Assembly (NCBI GenBank): GCA_036504095.1
Contig: DASXVS010000069.1
Span: forward strand, 14,887 to 78,886
Length of the DNA stretch: 64,000 nt
Reading direction: 5' to 3'
DNA from: Armatimonadota bacterium
Lineage (GTDB): Bacteria; Armatimonadota; DTGP01; JAKQQT01
In this document: piece after piece, positions 19,391-28,386 of the stretch
Layout of the letters: every line of letters starts with the position of its first letter
Position numbering within the stretch: position 1 is the stretch's first letter
The notes under the pieces: model-generated
The model's database searches: none
What the model was told of the DNA's origin: nothing
Seen by the model: the letters and a program-made list of their open reading frames with translations, nothing else
Translations under genes and position numbers: made by a program

Positions 19391-19428
19391 GCGGCACGCA
19401 GATCCCCGCGGACGCCGAGCTTGTGGAC
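19391..19428 (+). repeat. Displaced copy of the sir 3' end
   Basis: gcggcacgcagatccccgcggacgccgagcttgtgga versus 18661-18697 gcggcaccgagatccccgcggacgcggaggtgatgga, with a 16-nt exact core. Encodes SGTQIPADAELVD versus GGTEIPADAEVME. Confidence 0.6.
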
Positions 19429-19438
19429 CAGGTGTTCG

Positions 19439-20782
19439 TCAGGACGGCGTGGGGATAGGCATCCGTGGCATTTTACGCGGTTTCGGCTTCAGAGGGGGAT
19501 AGTGTATCTCGGCGTTGAGCCCTGCGCGCTCCGGAGACAGGTTCTCCGCGACCACGGGATTGGGTGTCGTAAAGACTACGAATCCCTTCCCATCCTTGCG
19601 GTAGCCAACGGGTTTTCCGGTTCGCGGATCGAGCGGGGCCGGTGAGCCTGTTTGGCCAAGCGATACAGGCCACCGTCCGTGGCGTGCACGGTAAGCCATC
19701 ACATCCGCCATCGCGACGACGGCTGCCCTGCGGGCGGCCAGGTCGACTTCCCGCTCATCTGCTCCGGAGAAGATGGGTAGCATCATCTTGGCCAGCTTGT
19801 ATGTCGGCATTTTGTCGGGCGTTTTCTCGAATTCGCGACCGAGCCGGGCAAGGTCCCGCAGCCGATCCGGGATCGGCTCCTGGCTCACCTTGATTCTCTC
19901 CGTCATCCAGTGCAAGTAGATCGCTTCGGCCGGGTCCATGAAGTACCACTTGAACAGGCCGGAGGGTTTGCGTCCCGAAGGCTTGAACGTTTCATCGGGC
20001 GATACCACAACGTTGTAGTCGTGCAACGAACTCACTTGATGGACTTCCGTGAGCCCCAACAGGATCTCGCCCTTCAAGCACCGCGCCAGGTCGTAACGGG
20101 GGTGGTACGTCGCTATTTCACGCCGCACGGCGTCTGCAACAACGGCGTTCGGCCCAGCTTCGGAGAGTATGTTCTCCAGGCCTTTCAACGTCATGTCTTC
20201 ACTCGCGAGGCCAACGAGGCACGCAATCAGATTCGGGACCTCGGACGCCTGGTTCGCGACCCGGAATCCCAGCGCCTGGTGCCTGACGGCCTCGACCGGC
20301 TGTCCCTCGCGGGAAAGCATAAGGCTCTCCCGCCGTATCCAAACTGCCGCCTCACGCATCGGCGCAAGATATCGGTATAGCTCAACGCTGTCCCCATCGT
20401 GCCTCACGAATACGTGCGGCTTCGCAACCGCTGCGTGGACGACGCGGCTAATGTCCGAGCGTGAGGCGACGAGATGCTTCAGAGCTTCTGTATTCGCTTT
20501 CGGGACAACGCCGGTTCCATCGGACGGTGAAGTCCAGATCTTCGTTTCGTCCGCCCTGTGTGCGTCCAGCAGTTTCCCCAACTCCAGGTAGGTCGAGACA
20601 GCGTTCTGGTTGGCTGGCGGCTCCACTTGTGAAAACTCCGCCGGGGTCAGCGGGATCCCAGCCGCCCGCGCCGCCGCCTGTTCGGTCCTGAGGTTGTATG
20701 GCCGAATCCAACCGGTGAACGCTATGAAAACGATGAAGAGTGCTGTAAGGACAACCAACGACACATAGTGGCGGAATTTCAC
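19439..20782 (-). CDS. Membrane-anchored hypothetical protein (448 aa)
   Basis: GGAGG plus 5 nt plus GTG at 20782. N-terminal TM KFRHYVSLVVLTALFIVFIAFTGW. Helical body. C-terminal DPRTGKPVGYRKDGKGFVVF motif. Confidence 0.6.
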   Translation of the reverse strand: MKFRHYVSLVVLTALFIVFIAFTGWIRPYNLRTEQAAARAAGIPLTPAEFSQVEPPANQNAVSTYLELGKLLDAHRADETKIWTSPSDGTGVVPKANTEALKHLVASRSDISRVVHAAVAKPHVFVRHDGDSVELYRYLAPMREAAVWIRRESLMLSREGQPVEAVRHQALGFRVANQASEVPNLIACLVGLASEDMTLKGLENILSEAGPNAVVADAVRREIATYHPRYDLARCLKGEILLGLTEVHQVSSLHDYNVVVSPDETFKPSGRKPSGLFKWYFMDPAEAIYLHWMTERIKVSQEPIPDRLRDLARLGREFEKTPDKMPTYKLAKMMLPIFSGADEREVDLAARRAAVVAMADVMAYRARHGRWPVSLGQTGSPAPLDPRTGKPVGYRKDGKGFVVFTTPNPVVAENLSPERAGLNAEIHYPPLKPKPRKMPRMPIPTPS

Positions 20783-20940
20783 GACGACCTCCTGACAAGC
20801 AGATTTGCTTTCAGGATATGTCGCTCGCTGGGCAGCGCGGCGAGAGGAATGCCACGTTGAGCACTGCGCCGTTCGAGGGCGCGATTCCTCGCCGCGCTCC
20901 ACTCTAAACCTCAGCCCTCAGCCCTCATCCCTCAGCCCCT

Positions 20941-22197
20941 CTAGATGCTATATGTCGGCGGCAATTCGGCGGTGGGGATGATACCGCCGCCGGCGACGTC
21001 GTAACCATCCACGATCACGAAACGGCCGGTTTCCACGATGTTCGACGTCTCGTCGAACGCGACCGGCTTCTTGAGGTCGAACGCCACCGTAGCGACCTCG
21101 TTCTTGGCCACGTCGCCGGTCCCGACCGGCGCGTTCACCAGCGTGGCGGTGTTCAGCACACCGCTGACGGCGCTCACGGTGGCTTCGATTTCCTGCGTCG
21201 CGAGCTTCATCGTGTAACGTTTGCCGGTTGACAGCGGGCGCTGGCCGAGCCAGAAGAGGTTCGTCTGTATGCTGTCCGTCACAAGCGGCGCGTCGTGTAC
21301 GTGCGAAACAATGGCGCCGCGCTCCACGAAGATCTGCTCGTCCAGCGTGATCCCGATCGACTCGCCCGCCTCGGCAGGGCCTTCGCGGGGGCTGCTCCAG
21401 CGCTCAACGGATTGTACAACGGCCGTGTGACCGGACGGCGAGAACAACACCGTGTCGCCCGCGGCGATCGTGCCCGATTCCACGCGCCCCGCTACGATGC
21501 GGCGCTTGTCGAATTTGTACACATCCTGGACCGGCAGGCGCAGCGGGGCGCCTTCCTTCGAAACGCGCGCGTCGAATCCGTCCAGCGCTTCCAAAACAGT
21601 GGGGCCGTCGTACCACGCCATGCGGTCGGAGCGGTTGGCGATGTTGTCGCCGTCCCGCGCGGAAACCGGTATCACGTGGCGCGCGACCACGCCAAGGTCG
21701 TTCAGAAACGCCACGTAGTCCTTGCGCACGCGCACATATTCCGTCTCGGAGAAGCCAACGAGGTCCATCTTGTTGATGACGACCGCCACCTGCCGGATCC
21801 CCAGCAACTGAAGCAGATAGCCGTGCCGGCGCGACTGCTCCTGCACGCCTTCCTCGGCGTCGATGAGCAGCAGGGCGGCCTCGGCAGAGGCGGCGCCCGT
21901 GATCATGTTCTTCAGGAACTCCTTGTGGCCGGGGGCATCGATAATCACGTAACCGCGCTTCTCCGTCTCGAACCGAATCTGCGCGTTGTCGATGGTGATC
22001 CCCTGGTCGCGCTCCTCTTCCAGCGCGTCGAGCAGGAACGCGAATTCGAAAGCCTTGCCGGTGTCCTCGCAGACTCGGGCCACGGCGTCGTATCTTCCCT
22101 CGGGGAGGCTCCCCGTATCGTGCAGCAACCGCCCGACGAGCGTGGACTTGCCGTGGTCCACGTGCCCGACGATCACGATGTTCACTTTCTGTTTCAA
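20941..22197 (-). CDS. cysN: Sulfate adenylyltransferase subunit 1 (GTPase), without an APS kinase domain
   Basis: [17 protein letters not shown] and NKMD GTPase motifs. Lies downstream of cysD. TTG start at 22197 follows GGAG. The track N-terminal extension is repeat-derived. Confidence 0.88.
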   Translation of the reverse strand: MKQKVNIVIVGHVDHGKSTLVGRLLHDTGSLPEGRYDAVARVCEDTGKAFEFAFLLDALEEERDQGITIDNAQIRFETEKRGYVIIDAPGHKEFLKNMITGAASAEAALLLIDAEEGVQEQSRRHGYLLQLLGIRQVAVVINKMDLVGFSETEYVRVRKDYVAFLNDLGVVARHVIPVSARDGDNIANRSDRMAWYDGPTVLEALDGFDARVSKEGAPLRLPVQDVYKFDKRRIVAGRVESGTIAAGDTVLFSPSGHTAVVQSVERWSSPREGPAEAGESIGITLDEQIFVERGAIVSHVHDAPLVTDSIQTNLFWLGQRPLSTGKRYTMKLATQEIEATVSAVSGVLNTATLVNAPVGTGDVAKNEVATVAFDLKKPVAFDETSNIVETGRFVIVDGYDVAGGGIIPTAELPPTYSI

Positions 22198-22230
22198 GGA
22201 CTTACTCCAACCTCTCGAATCACGGGCGAC

Positions 22231-22459
22231 CCGGGGGATGAATCCCCCGGCTTCTTTCGTTCCGTCGCTACGCGACGAGGTCAGGTTGCCTCGCCGCGTA
22301 GCGGCAGAATGACAGGAGCCCGGCAGTTCACTGCCGGGTGAACCGGTGTCGGGCACGGAGGCCCGACCTACCATAACGGGCGGCGTCGGGCACAGAGGCC
22401 CGACCTACCTCGCGAATACGGGCGAGGCGCCCGCGCTACATTGCGGGCGAGGCGCCCGC
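22231..22459. repeat. Cluster of REP-like hairpins and short direct repeats in the cysD-cysN spacer
   Basis: ccggggga/tcccccgg (22231-22250). 15-bp arm hairpin at 22266-22303. ccggcag/ctgccgg. gtcgggcac(g/a)gaggcccgacctacc twice (22348, 22385). cgggcgaggcgcccgc twice (22419, 22444). Confidence 0.8.
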
Positions 22460-22460
22460 A

Positions 22461-23261
22461 CTACATATATCCCTTGGCCCGCAGCTTCTGCATAGCGTAC
22501 GTGTCTTCCTGGTCCTGCGCTCGTGTCGACCGTTCGTTGATCGTGGTGTGCTTCAACTCCTCGATGATCTCCGGGACCGTGGTGGCGTTCGATTTGATGC
22601 GTGCCGTGCAGGGCGCGCAGCCCAGCGAGCGGTACCGCTCGCCGTCTCGGGCGAAGTAGAGGTCCACGATGGGGATCTGTTCGCGCAGGATGTACTCCCA
22701 GACGTCGATCTCGGTCCACTGGAGCAGGGGATGGACGCGGATATGGGTGTCCTTGTCGAAATCGGTCTTGAACTGGTCCCACAGCTCGGGCGGCTGGTCC
22801 TTGTAGTTCCACTCGAAATTGCGGTCGCGCGGCGAGAAGAATCGTTCTTTGGCCCGTGTGCCTTCCTCGTCCCGGCGGATGCCCAGGATTAGGCCCGTGA
22901 AGTTGTGTTCAGCCATCACCTGCTGAAGCGCTTCCGTCTTCAGCGAGCCGCAGCACGTGATACGCCCTTTGTCCGGCCCCATCCCGTTGGCAAGCGCCTC
23001 GGTATTCGTGCCGACGATGAGCCGCAGGTTCCACTCGGCAGCAAAGCGGTCACGGAACTCGATCATCTCAGGGATCTTCTTGGTTGTGTCGATGTGAACG
23101 AGCGGGATCGGGCAGTGCCCCAGGAACGCCTTGCGCGCCAGCCAAAGGAGGACCGTGGAGTCCTTGCCGATGCTCCAGAGCATCGCGAGCTTCTTGAATT
23201 TGCGGTAAGCCTCCCGCAATATGTAAATGCTCTGGCTTTCCAAAGCATCGAGATGATCCAT
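22461..23261 (-). CDS. cysD: Sulfate adenylyltransferase subunit 2
   Basis: [46 protein letters not shown], a PAPS-reductase-fold ATP pyrophosphatase typical of CysD. Confidence 0.92.
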   Translation of the reverse strand: MDHLDALESQSIYILREAYRKFKKLAMLWSIGKDSTVLLWLARKAFLGHCPIPLVHIDTTKKIPEMIEFRDRFAAEWNLRLIVGTNTEALANGMGPDKGRITCCGSLKTEALQQVMAEHNFTGLILGIRRDEEGTRAKERFFSPRDRNFEWNYKDQPPELWDQFKTDFDKDTHIRVHPLLQWTEIDVWEYILREQIPIVDLYFARDGERYRSLGCAPCTARIKSNATTVPEIIEELKHTTINERSTRAQDQEDTYAMQKLRAKGYM

Positions 23262-23293
23262 CTGTTACCTGCTTCCCAATCTCATTCAGTGGG

Positions 23294-23342
23294 GCCGGCC
23301 TCCGTGCCGGCCATTAGCCCCAAGGCCGGCACGGAGGCCGGC
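23294..23342. other. Perfect 19-bp-arm hairpin between cysH and cysD
   Basis: gccggcctccgtgccggcc - 11 nt - ggccggcacggaggccggc. Confidence 0.8.
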
Positions 23343-23360
23343 TCCACGTTGTGTCCCCCG

Positions 23361-24092
23361 TTACGCCGTCAAGTGCAGCCCGCATTCCTTACCTTCCGGG
23401 TTCTCCCACCACCAGCGACCGGATCGCAAGTCCTGACCCGGCAGTACCGGCCGCGTACACGGCTCGCATCCGATCGACGGGTAGCCCTGGTCGTGAAGCC
23501 GGTGGTATGGGACGTTGTTCGCCCGGATATACTCCCAGACCCGCTCTTCCGGCCATTCGGCCAGCGGGTTGATCTTGACGATCCCGCCGTGCGCCTCATC
23601 GGACTCGACGATATCCAGCGCGGTCCGGGTGACCGATTGCGCGCGCCGCAATCCGGTCATCCAGGCATCGAGCCCCGCCAAGGCGCGTCCGAGCGGTTCC
23701 ACTTTGCGGATATGGCAGCACTCTTTGCGATTGTCCACCGACTCGTAGAAGCTGTTGGGCCCCTTCACGCGGATCAGCTCTTCCACGCTTGCCGTCCGCG
23801 GGAAATACGTGCGAAATTCGAGCGGATACCGCTCGCGGGCGCGCTGCATCAGGTCGTACGTTGCTTGGTGCAGCCGGCCGGTGTCCAGCACAAACACATG
23901 GGCGGCCGGAGCCACGCGCGCGAGGATATCCACGAGCACCATATCCTCGGCGCCGAAGCTGCACGCAAGCGCGAGGCGCTCCCCAAAGCGCCCGGCGGCC
24001 CAAGCTACAATCTCGTCCGCCGACGCGCCTTCAAAGGAGGCGACGACCGGCTCCCGAGCAACAACTCCCAACTCGGAACTCCCAACTCCCAC
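23361..24092 (-). CDS. cysH: Adenylylsulfate (APS) reductase, thioredoxin-dependent, Fe-S type CysH
   Basis: PAPS_reduct fold. Cys pairs KECCHIRKVEPL and IGCEPCT typical of the 4Fe-4S APS reductases. C-terminal ECGLH. GTG start shares 1 nt with the cysK stop. Confidence 0.85.
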   Translation of the reverse strand: MGVGSSELGVVAREPVVASFEGASADEIVAWAAGRFGERLALACSFGAEDMVLVDILARVAPAAHVFVLDTGRLHQATYDLMQRARERYPLEFRTYFPRTASVEELIRVKGPNSFYESVDNRKECCHIRKVEPLGRALAGLDAWMTGLRRAQSVTRTALDIVESDEAHGGIVKINPLAEWPEERVWEYIRANNVPYHRLHDQGYPSIGCEPCTRPVLPGQDLRSGRWWWENPEGKECGLHLTA

Positions 24093-25075
24093 TATCCGGC
24101 GGGCTCCGTATTGAACACGGGCGTGCTCAGGTAGCGCTCGCCGCTGTCCGGCAGCACCACGACGATCTGCTTCCCGGCGTTTTCCGGACGTTTGGCTATC
24201 TGAACCGCCGCGTGAACGGCCGCTCCGCTGGAAATCCCCGCCAGGATCGCCTCTTCCTTGCCGAGGCGCCGCGCCATCGTGAACGATTCCTCGTTCGTCA
24301 CCTGGAAAACCTCGTCGATGACGCTCATGTCGAGCACCTCCGGCACGAAACCCGCCCCGATGCCCTGGATCTTGTGCGGGCCCGGCTGGCCGCCGGACAG
24401 CACCGGCGAATCGGTCGGCTCAACGGCCACGATCTTGAACCCCGGCTTCAGCGGCTTGATGATCTGCCCGACTCCGGTGATGGTGCCGCCCGTGCCGACG
24501 CCGCCGACCAGGATGTCCACCCGCCCGTCCGTGTCTTCCCAGATCTCCAGCGCCGTCGTCTCGCGGTGCGCCTTGGGGTTCGCCAGGTTCTTGAACTGCT
24601 GCGGTACAAATGAGTTCGTGTGCTGCGACGCGAGTTCCTCGGCCTTGGCGATGGCGCCTTTCATGCCCAGCGGGCCCGGCGTGAGGACCAGTTCGGCGCC
24701 GAGCGCCCTCAGGAGGTTGCGGCGCTCCACGCTCATCGTTTCCGGCATCGCCAGGATCAGGCGATACCCCTTCGCGGCGGCCGCTCCGGCCAACGCGATG
24801 CCCGTGTTGCCGCTGGTGGGCTCAATGATGACGGTCCCGGCGTTGATCAGGCCGAGGCGCTCCGCCTCGCTCAGCAGATAGACGCCGATCCGGCACTTGA
24901 CGCTGCCCCACGGATTGGATTTCTCCAATTTCGCCAGCACCTCGGCGCCGGCGCCATCCGTGACGCGATGCAGCCGGACCAGCGGCGTGTTGCCGATCAG
25001 CTCCGACATCGAATCCGCAATCTTCGGCTGGTGATGCCGAACCAGCGCCTGTCCCTCAAATTCCACGGTACTCAT
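24092..25075 (-). CDS. cysK: Cysteine synthase A (O-acetylserine sulfhydrylase)
   Basis: [20 protein letters not shown] (PLP lysine), [16 protein letters not shown] 8 nt before the ATG. Confidence 0.92.
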   Translation of the reverse strand: MSTVEFEGQALVRHHQPKIADSMSELIGNTPLVRLHRVTDGAGAEVLAKLEKSNPWGSVKCRIGVYLLSEAERLGLINAGTVIIEPTSGNTGIALAGAAAAKGYRLILAMPETMSVERRNLLRALGAELVLTPGPLGMKGAIAKAEELASQHTNSFVPQQFKNLANPKAHRETTALEIWEDTDGRVDILVGGVGTGGTITGVGQIIKPLKPGFKIVAVEPTDSPVLSGGQPGPHKIQGIGAGFVPEVLDMSVIDEVFQVTNEESFTMARRLGKEEAILAGISSGAAVHAAVQIAKRPENAGKQIVVVLPDSGERYLSTPVFNTEPAG

Positions 25076-25093
25076 CGTACGGTTCTCCTTGAT

Positions 25094-25151
25094 TACTTGA
25101 GTAATACAACCTGTTTACTCAACTATACCGGATACCCATGCATTCTGTCAA
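25094..25151 (-). promoter_or_regulatory. cysK operon promoter (TTGACA-18-TATAGT) with an inverted-repeat operator directly downstream of the -10
   Basis: Sense strand: TTGACA gaatgcatgggtatccgg TATAGT TGAGTAA acaggttgtat TACTCAAGTA. The same architecture occurs at 32611-32669. Confidence 0.6.
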
Positions 25152-25355
25152 TGGTTCACGGGGATTCAAATGAACATCGGCGCCATCAATCCGCGTGGGG
25201 ACGCCGGCCGACATGCGCGGGTTACGCCAGTCAGAATCGGATCTGTAAGGTTCACTCTTTCGGGCGAAGCGTTTCACAGTTCAAGTGATGCTGATACATC
25301 ACGGCCCCAGCCAGACCGTTTCATCCGTTGTGTCCGCTTTTCCGGAACGCTGAGG

Positions 25356-25964
25356 ATGTCGATCACTGTGAAAAACAGTACGCTGAACGAAATCGCCAAC
25401 CCGCTTCGCTACCGAGCCATGAAGGGCTATCAGTGCGTGTACGACATCCCCGGCACGTCAACCAACGGCCAGCATACCTTCTACACCGCCGGCGCCAGAA
25501 CCTACGATGCGGGAACCGGTCGCTGGCTGCAGGAAGACCCGATTGTGGGGATCACCGGCGATCCCATGTCCTTCAACCGGTACCTCTACTGCGACGCCAA
25601 CCCGGTGATGAACGACGATCCGACGGGGCTGGCGCTTATGCGGCACGGCCGACCGTGCCATGCACCCAAATGGTACGCAATCGATGGGGTGCTGTACGAC
25701 TACGTCTTTTGGATTGGAGTCACGGGGCCAGACTCCGGTGGGTTTCTCGCTTTCGTTGGGGGCGGATTGGCTTCAGCGGAAGCTACGAGTTGGCTGTACC
25801 CTGACGAGGAAGGTCAGACTGATGCAGACCGTGATTGGTGCCGCCTTTTGGACAAAAAGGACCGGATACTGAAGTGGTTCGACGATGCCAATGCTGGCGT
25901 GGGGCACGCCATTGATGACATACTGAAGTCCGGCGGAACCTATTCGGGTTACGGGACGGCATAA
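25356..25964 (+). CDS. Orphan RHS-repeat-associated core end plus C-terminal toxin-like tip (no RHS body)
   Basis: GTSTNGQHTFYTAGARTYDAGTGRWLQEDPIVGITGDPMSFNRYLYCDANPVMNDDPTGL matches the RHS core junction (YDxxxGRW/F...DP...N.Y.Y..NP....DPxGL). About 115 aa of unrelated tip follow. The region is lower in GC. Confidence 0.6.
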   Translation: MSITVKNSTLNEIANPLRYRAMKGYQCVYDIPGTSTNGQHTFYTAGARTYDAGTGRWLQEDPIVGITGDPMSFNRYLYCDANPVMNDDPTGLALMRHGRPCHAPKWYAIDGVLYDYVFWIGVTGPDSGGFLAFVGGGLASAEATSWLYPDEEGQTDADRDWCRLLDKKDRILKWFDDANAGVGHAIDDILKSGGTYSGYGTA

Positions 25965-26259
25965 CTAGCCCGACGCCTACGCCTTGTTGGCAAGGCGCAG
26001 ACGTCGCCCAAACCAGTGGCGAGGATCGGCTGTCGGCCGGGAGCCACGATTATCGCTAGGTTGCTGATGTGCGCCTCGCCGACCAGATATGCGGCAATCG
26101 GGGGGGGGCAATATGCCCGCGTCCTATCAGAAATGCCGCTGACCGACCATTCGTACCTGCTCCGAGGGGCAATGGGAGCCCTGATTGCAGTTACCCGGAT
26201 GGCGAATGGTACCGGAACATATAAGAGACCCTATATCCTATAAGTAGAGGTGTTTATCT

Positions 26260-26649
26260 ATGGAACCCATACAGAAGGTCGTCCTCGTTTTGAGAGAGCT
26301 CTGCGCTGGATCCATCGCCATTATCGGGTTTGGCGTTTATTGGCTAATCCTGTGTCGGGTATATGGCGTCCGATCCAAAGGTCTTCGCGCAACAGCTGAG
26401 TTGCACCTCGCGAAAGGTCGTGCCGGATTTCTCCGTCTCTTTTGTGGAAGCTTCGCGGCATGGTGCGCCGCACTGACGGTATTCTTCGGATGGTATCCAT
26501 CTCCTTCGTTTTCTACCCTCGCTGAGCGCGTTCAGTTGAGTATCCCGCCGTCTATCGTGGAGGGGTTGGTAATCGCCTTTTGGCTTTCTCGAGTGGCCGC
26601 CGCGCGATTGGACAGTGACGGCCCCAACGTATCGGATTCCAGTTGCTGA
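26260..26649 (+). CDS. Small multi-pass membrane protein, putative immunity protein
   Basis: GAGGTG SD. Hydrophobic segments (SIAIIGFGVYWLILC, FCGSFAAWCAALTVFFGW, GLVIAFWLSRVAAA). Lies downstream of the RHS tip. Confidence 0.5.
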   Translation: MEPIQKVVLVLRELCAGSIAIIGFGVYWLILCRVYGVRSKGLRATAELHLAKGRAGFLRLFCGSFAAWCAALTVFFGWYPSPSFSTLAERVQLSIPPSIVEGLVIAFWLSRVAAARLDSDGPNVSDSSC

Positions 26650-26656
26650 TTAGGTT

Positions 26657-26720
26657 GCCCCCGGCGCAAGAACCTACGACGCCGGTACGGGCCGCTGGCT
26701 GCAGGAAGACCCGATTGCGG
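26657..26720 (+). pseudogene. Second RHS core-junction fragment
   Basis: Encodes GARTYDAGTGRWLQEDPIA. About 90 percent identical in DNA to 25488-25550. A stop follows shortly after. Confidence 0.6.
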
Positions 26721-26843
26721 CTCGCCTGGCGTCCTCTCGGGCGGAGCGAACACGTTAGGACAACGCGGCCCGGAATGTACTCCGTGTTCTGTACAGACAG
26801 GCACGAGATCGATAGTCCTGCATTAACACAAAGGTCTCAAACA

Positions 26844-27161
26844 ATGAACTTCATTTGGGAATGGATCATCCTTCCACTGGTCATGGTGGTTACGTTATTC
26901 GTTATCCATGGTGGAGGCTACATCTTGTCCGGACGTTCGGGGTCTCGCACAATGCAGGGATACCTGCGTTCCCGCGTAGCACTCGTCGCATGGTGCCTGT
27001 ACGTTGCGATCGCGTTCGCGTCTGCTTCAACGCCCGTGTCGCGTTCACAAGGTGGGCTTGAAGTGTGTTTGCTCGTCTCCGCGGCAGTCGGCCTCACGAT
27101 GGGCTTTATTGCGTGGCGGATCGTCCCGAAGCTGATACGGAGAAGCCCGGGTGCGGGCTAG
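26844..27161 (+). CDS. Small membrane protein (105 aa), putative immunity protein
   Basis: MNFIWEWIILPLVMVVTLFVIHGGGYIL..., three hydrophobic helices. Follows the second RHS fragment. Confidence 0.5.
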   Translation: MNFIWEWIILPLVMVVTLFVIHGGGYILSGRSGSRTMQGYLRSRVALVAWCLYVAIAFASASTPVSRSQGGLEVCLLVSAAVGLTMGFIAWRIVPKLIRRSPGAG

Positions 27162-27185
27162 AGGTCTACACGAGCGTGGCCGTCA

Positions 27186-27280
27186 TCTCCGGCACGTCAA
27201 CCAACATCCAGCACCCTATCTACTCCGCCGGCGCAAGAACCTACGGCGCAGGTACCGGCCGTCGACAGCCTGCAAACAAG
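27186..27280 (+). pseudogene. Third, degenerate RHS core-junction fragment
   Basis: Encodes SGTSTNIQHPIYSAGARTYGAGTGRRQP, compare GTSTNGQHTFYTAGARTYDAGTGRWLQ at 25446. Confidence 0.55.
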
Positions 27281-27315
27281 CCGCCATCGGGGTCTGAGAG
27301 CCCGGAGACGGGCTC

Positions 27316-28386
27316 TCAGATCACGTAATCCTCGATGTACACCTGCACCCTGCGCGGGGTGACGTACACCGTCGCGCCGGTCCGGACGCCCAGTTCCTCA
27401 TAGCGCTCGCGGCCGATCTCGACCTCCAGGGCGCCCGCCGTGTCCGTCCGGGCGAGTTCGAGGCGCACCACCGGGCCGACGGCGTGGATGTGCCGGACGA
27501 CGGCCTCAACCGCCGCCGTCCCGTTGCGGCTGAGCGCGATGTCCAGGTCGTGGGGGCGGGCGTAACCCACCGCCGCCGTGTCCTGAACCCCGGCGTACTG
27601 CGGCGCGGCGATATCGACATCGCCCAGGCTGGCCTGCCCCTCGTGCACGCGGCCGTGGAAGAGGTTCACGTTGCCCAGGAACTGGTAGACGAACGGGTTG
27701 GCCGGATGCGCATACACGTCCTCCGGCGTGCCGATCTGCTCGACGCGCCCCTTGTTCATCACCACGATCCGGTCGGCCACCTCCATGGCCTCCTCCTGGT
27801 CGTGCGTTACGAAGACGCTCGTGATGTGGAGTTCGTCGTGAAGGCGTCGCAGCCAGCGGCGGAGGTCCTGGCGCACCCGCGCGTCCAAGGCGCCGAACGG
27901 CTCATCCAGCAGAAGCACCTTGGGCTCGACGGCCAATGCGCGCGCGAGGGCGACGCGCTGGCGCTGCCCGCCGGAGAGTTCCGCCGGATGCCGGTCCGAG
28001 AGGCCCTCCAACTGCACGAGCGAAAGGAGTTCGGTCACCTTCTCGCGGATTTCCGCGCGCGACGGGCGGGTCTTCCGCGGGCGCACCCGCAGCCCGAACG
28101 CCACGTTCTCGAACACCGTCATGTGGCGGAACAGGGCATAGTGCTGGAACACGAAGCCCACTCCGCGCTCGCGAACGCTCCGGGATGAGGCGTCTTCGCC
28201 GGCGAGGCTGATGGCGCCCGACGTCGGGGTCTCGAGGCCCGCGATCGTGCGCAACAGCGTCGTCTTGCCGGATCCCGACGGGCCCAGAAGCGCGACCAGT
28301 TCGCCCGTGCCGACTTCCAGAGAGACGTCGCGAAGGGCCTCAAACGCCCCGAACGACTTGCGGATATTTCTAATGTGGATGCTCAA
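27316..28386 (-). CDS. cysA: Sulfate/thiosulfate ABC transporter ATP-binding protein
   Basis: [35 protein letters not shown]-terminal TOBE-like domain. TTG start after GGGAGGG, overlapping the cysW stop (TTGA). Confidence 0.9.
   Translation of the reverse strand: MSIHIRNIRKSFGAFEALRDVSLEVGTGELVALLGPSGSGKTTLLRTIAGLETPTSGAISLAGEDASSRSVRERGVGFVFQHYALFRHMTVFENVAFGLRVRPRKTRPSRAEIREKVTELLSLVQLEGLSDRHPAELSGGQRQRVALARALAVEPKVLLLDEPFGALDARVRQDLRRWLRRLHDELHITSVFVTHDQEEAMEVADRIVVMNKGRVEQIGTPEDVYAHPANPFVYQFLGNVNLFHGRVHEGQASLGDVDIAAPQYAGVQDTAAVGYARPHDLDIALSRNGTAAVEAVVRHIHAVGPVVRLELARTDTAGALEVEIGRERYEELGVRTGATVYVTPRRVQVYIEDYVI

Noticed and set aside
22198-22374. N-terminal extension of cysN ([14 protein letters not shown]...). 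The N-terminal extension of the propeller ORF (60040-60198) is a similar case.
   Set aside because: The extensions translate REP-like or word-repeat DNA. SD-preceded TTG/GTG starts lie immediately before the conserved domain or the signal peptide.
26016-26243. 75-aa ORF between the RHS tip and the first membrane ORF
   Set aside because: It has no SD and an implausible composition, and it partly overlaps an intergenic low-GC stretch. It was kept out of the feature list, although an additional immunity gene cannot be excluded.
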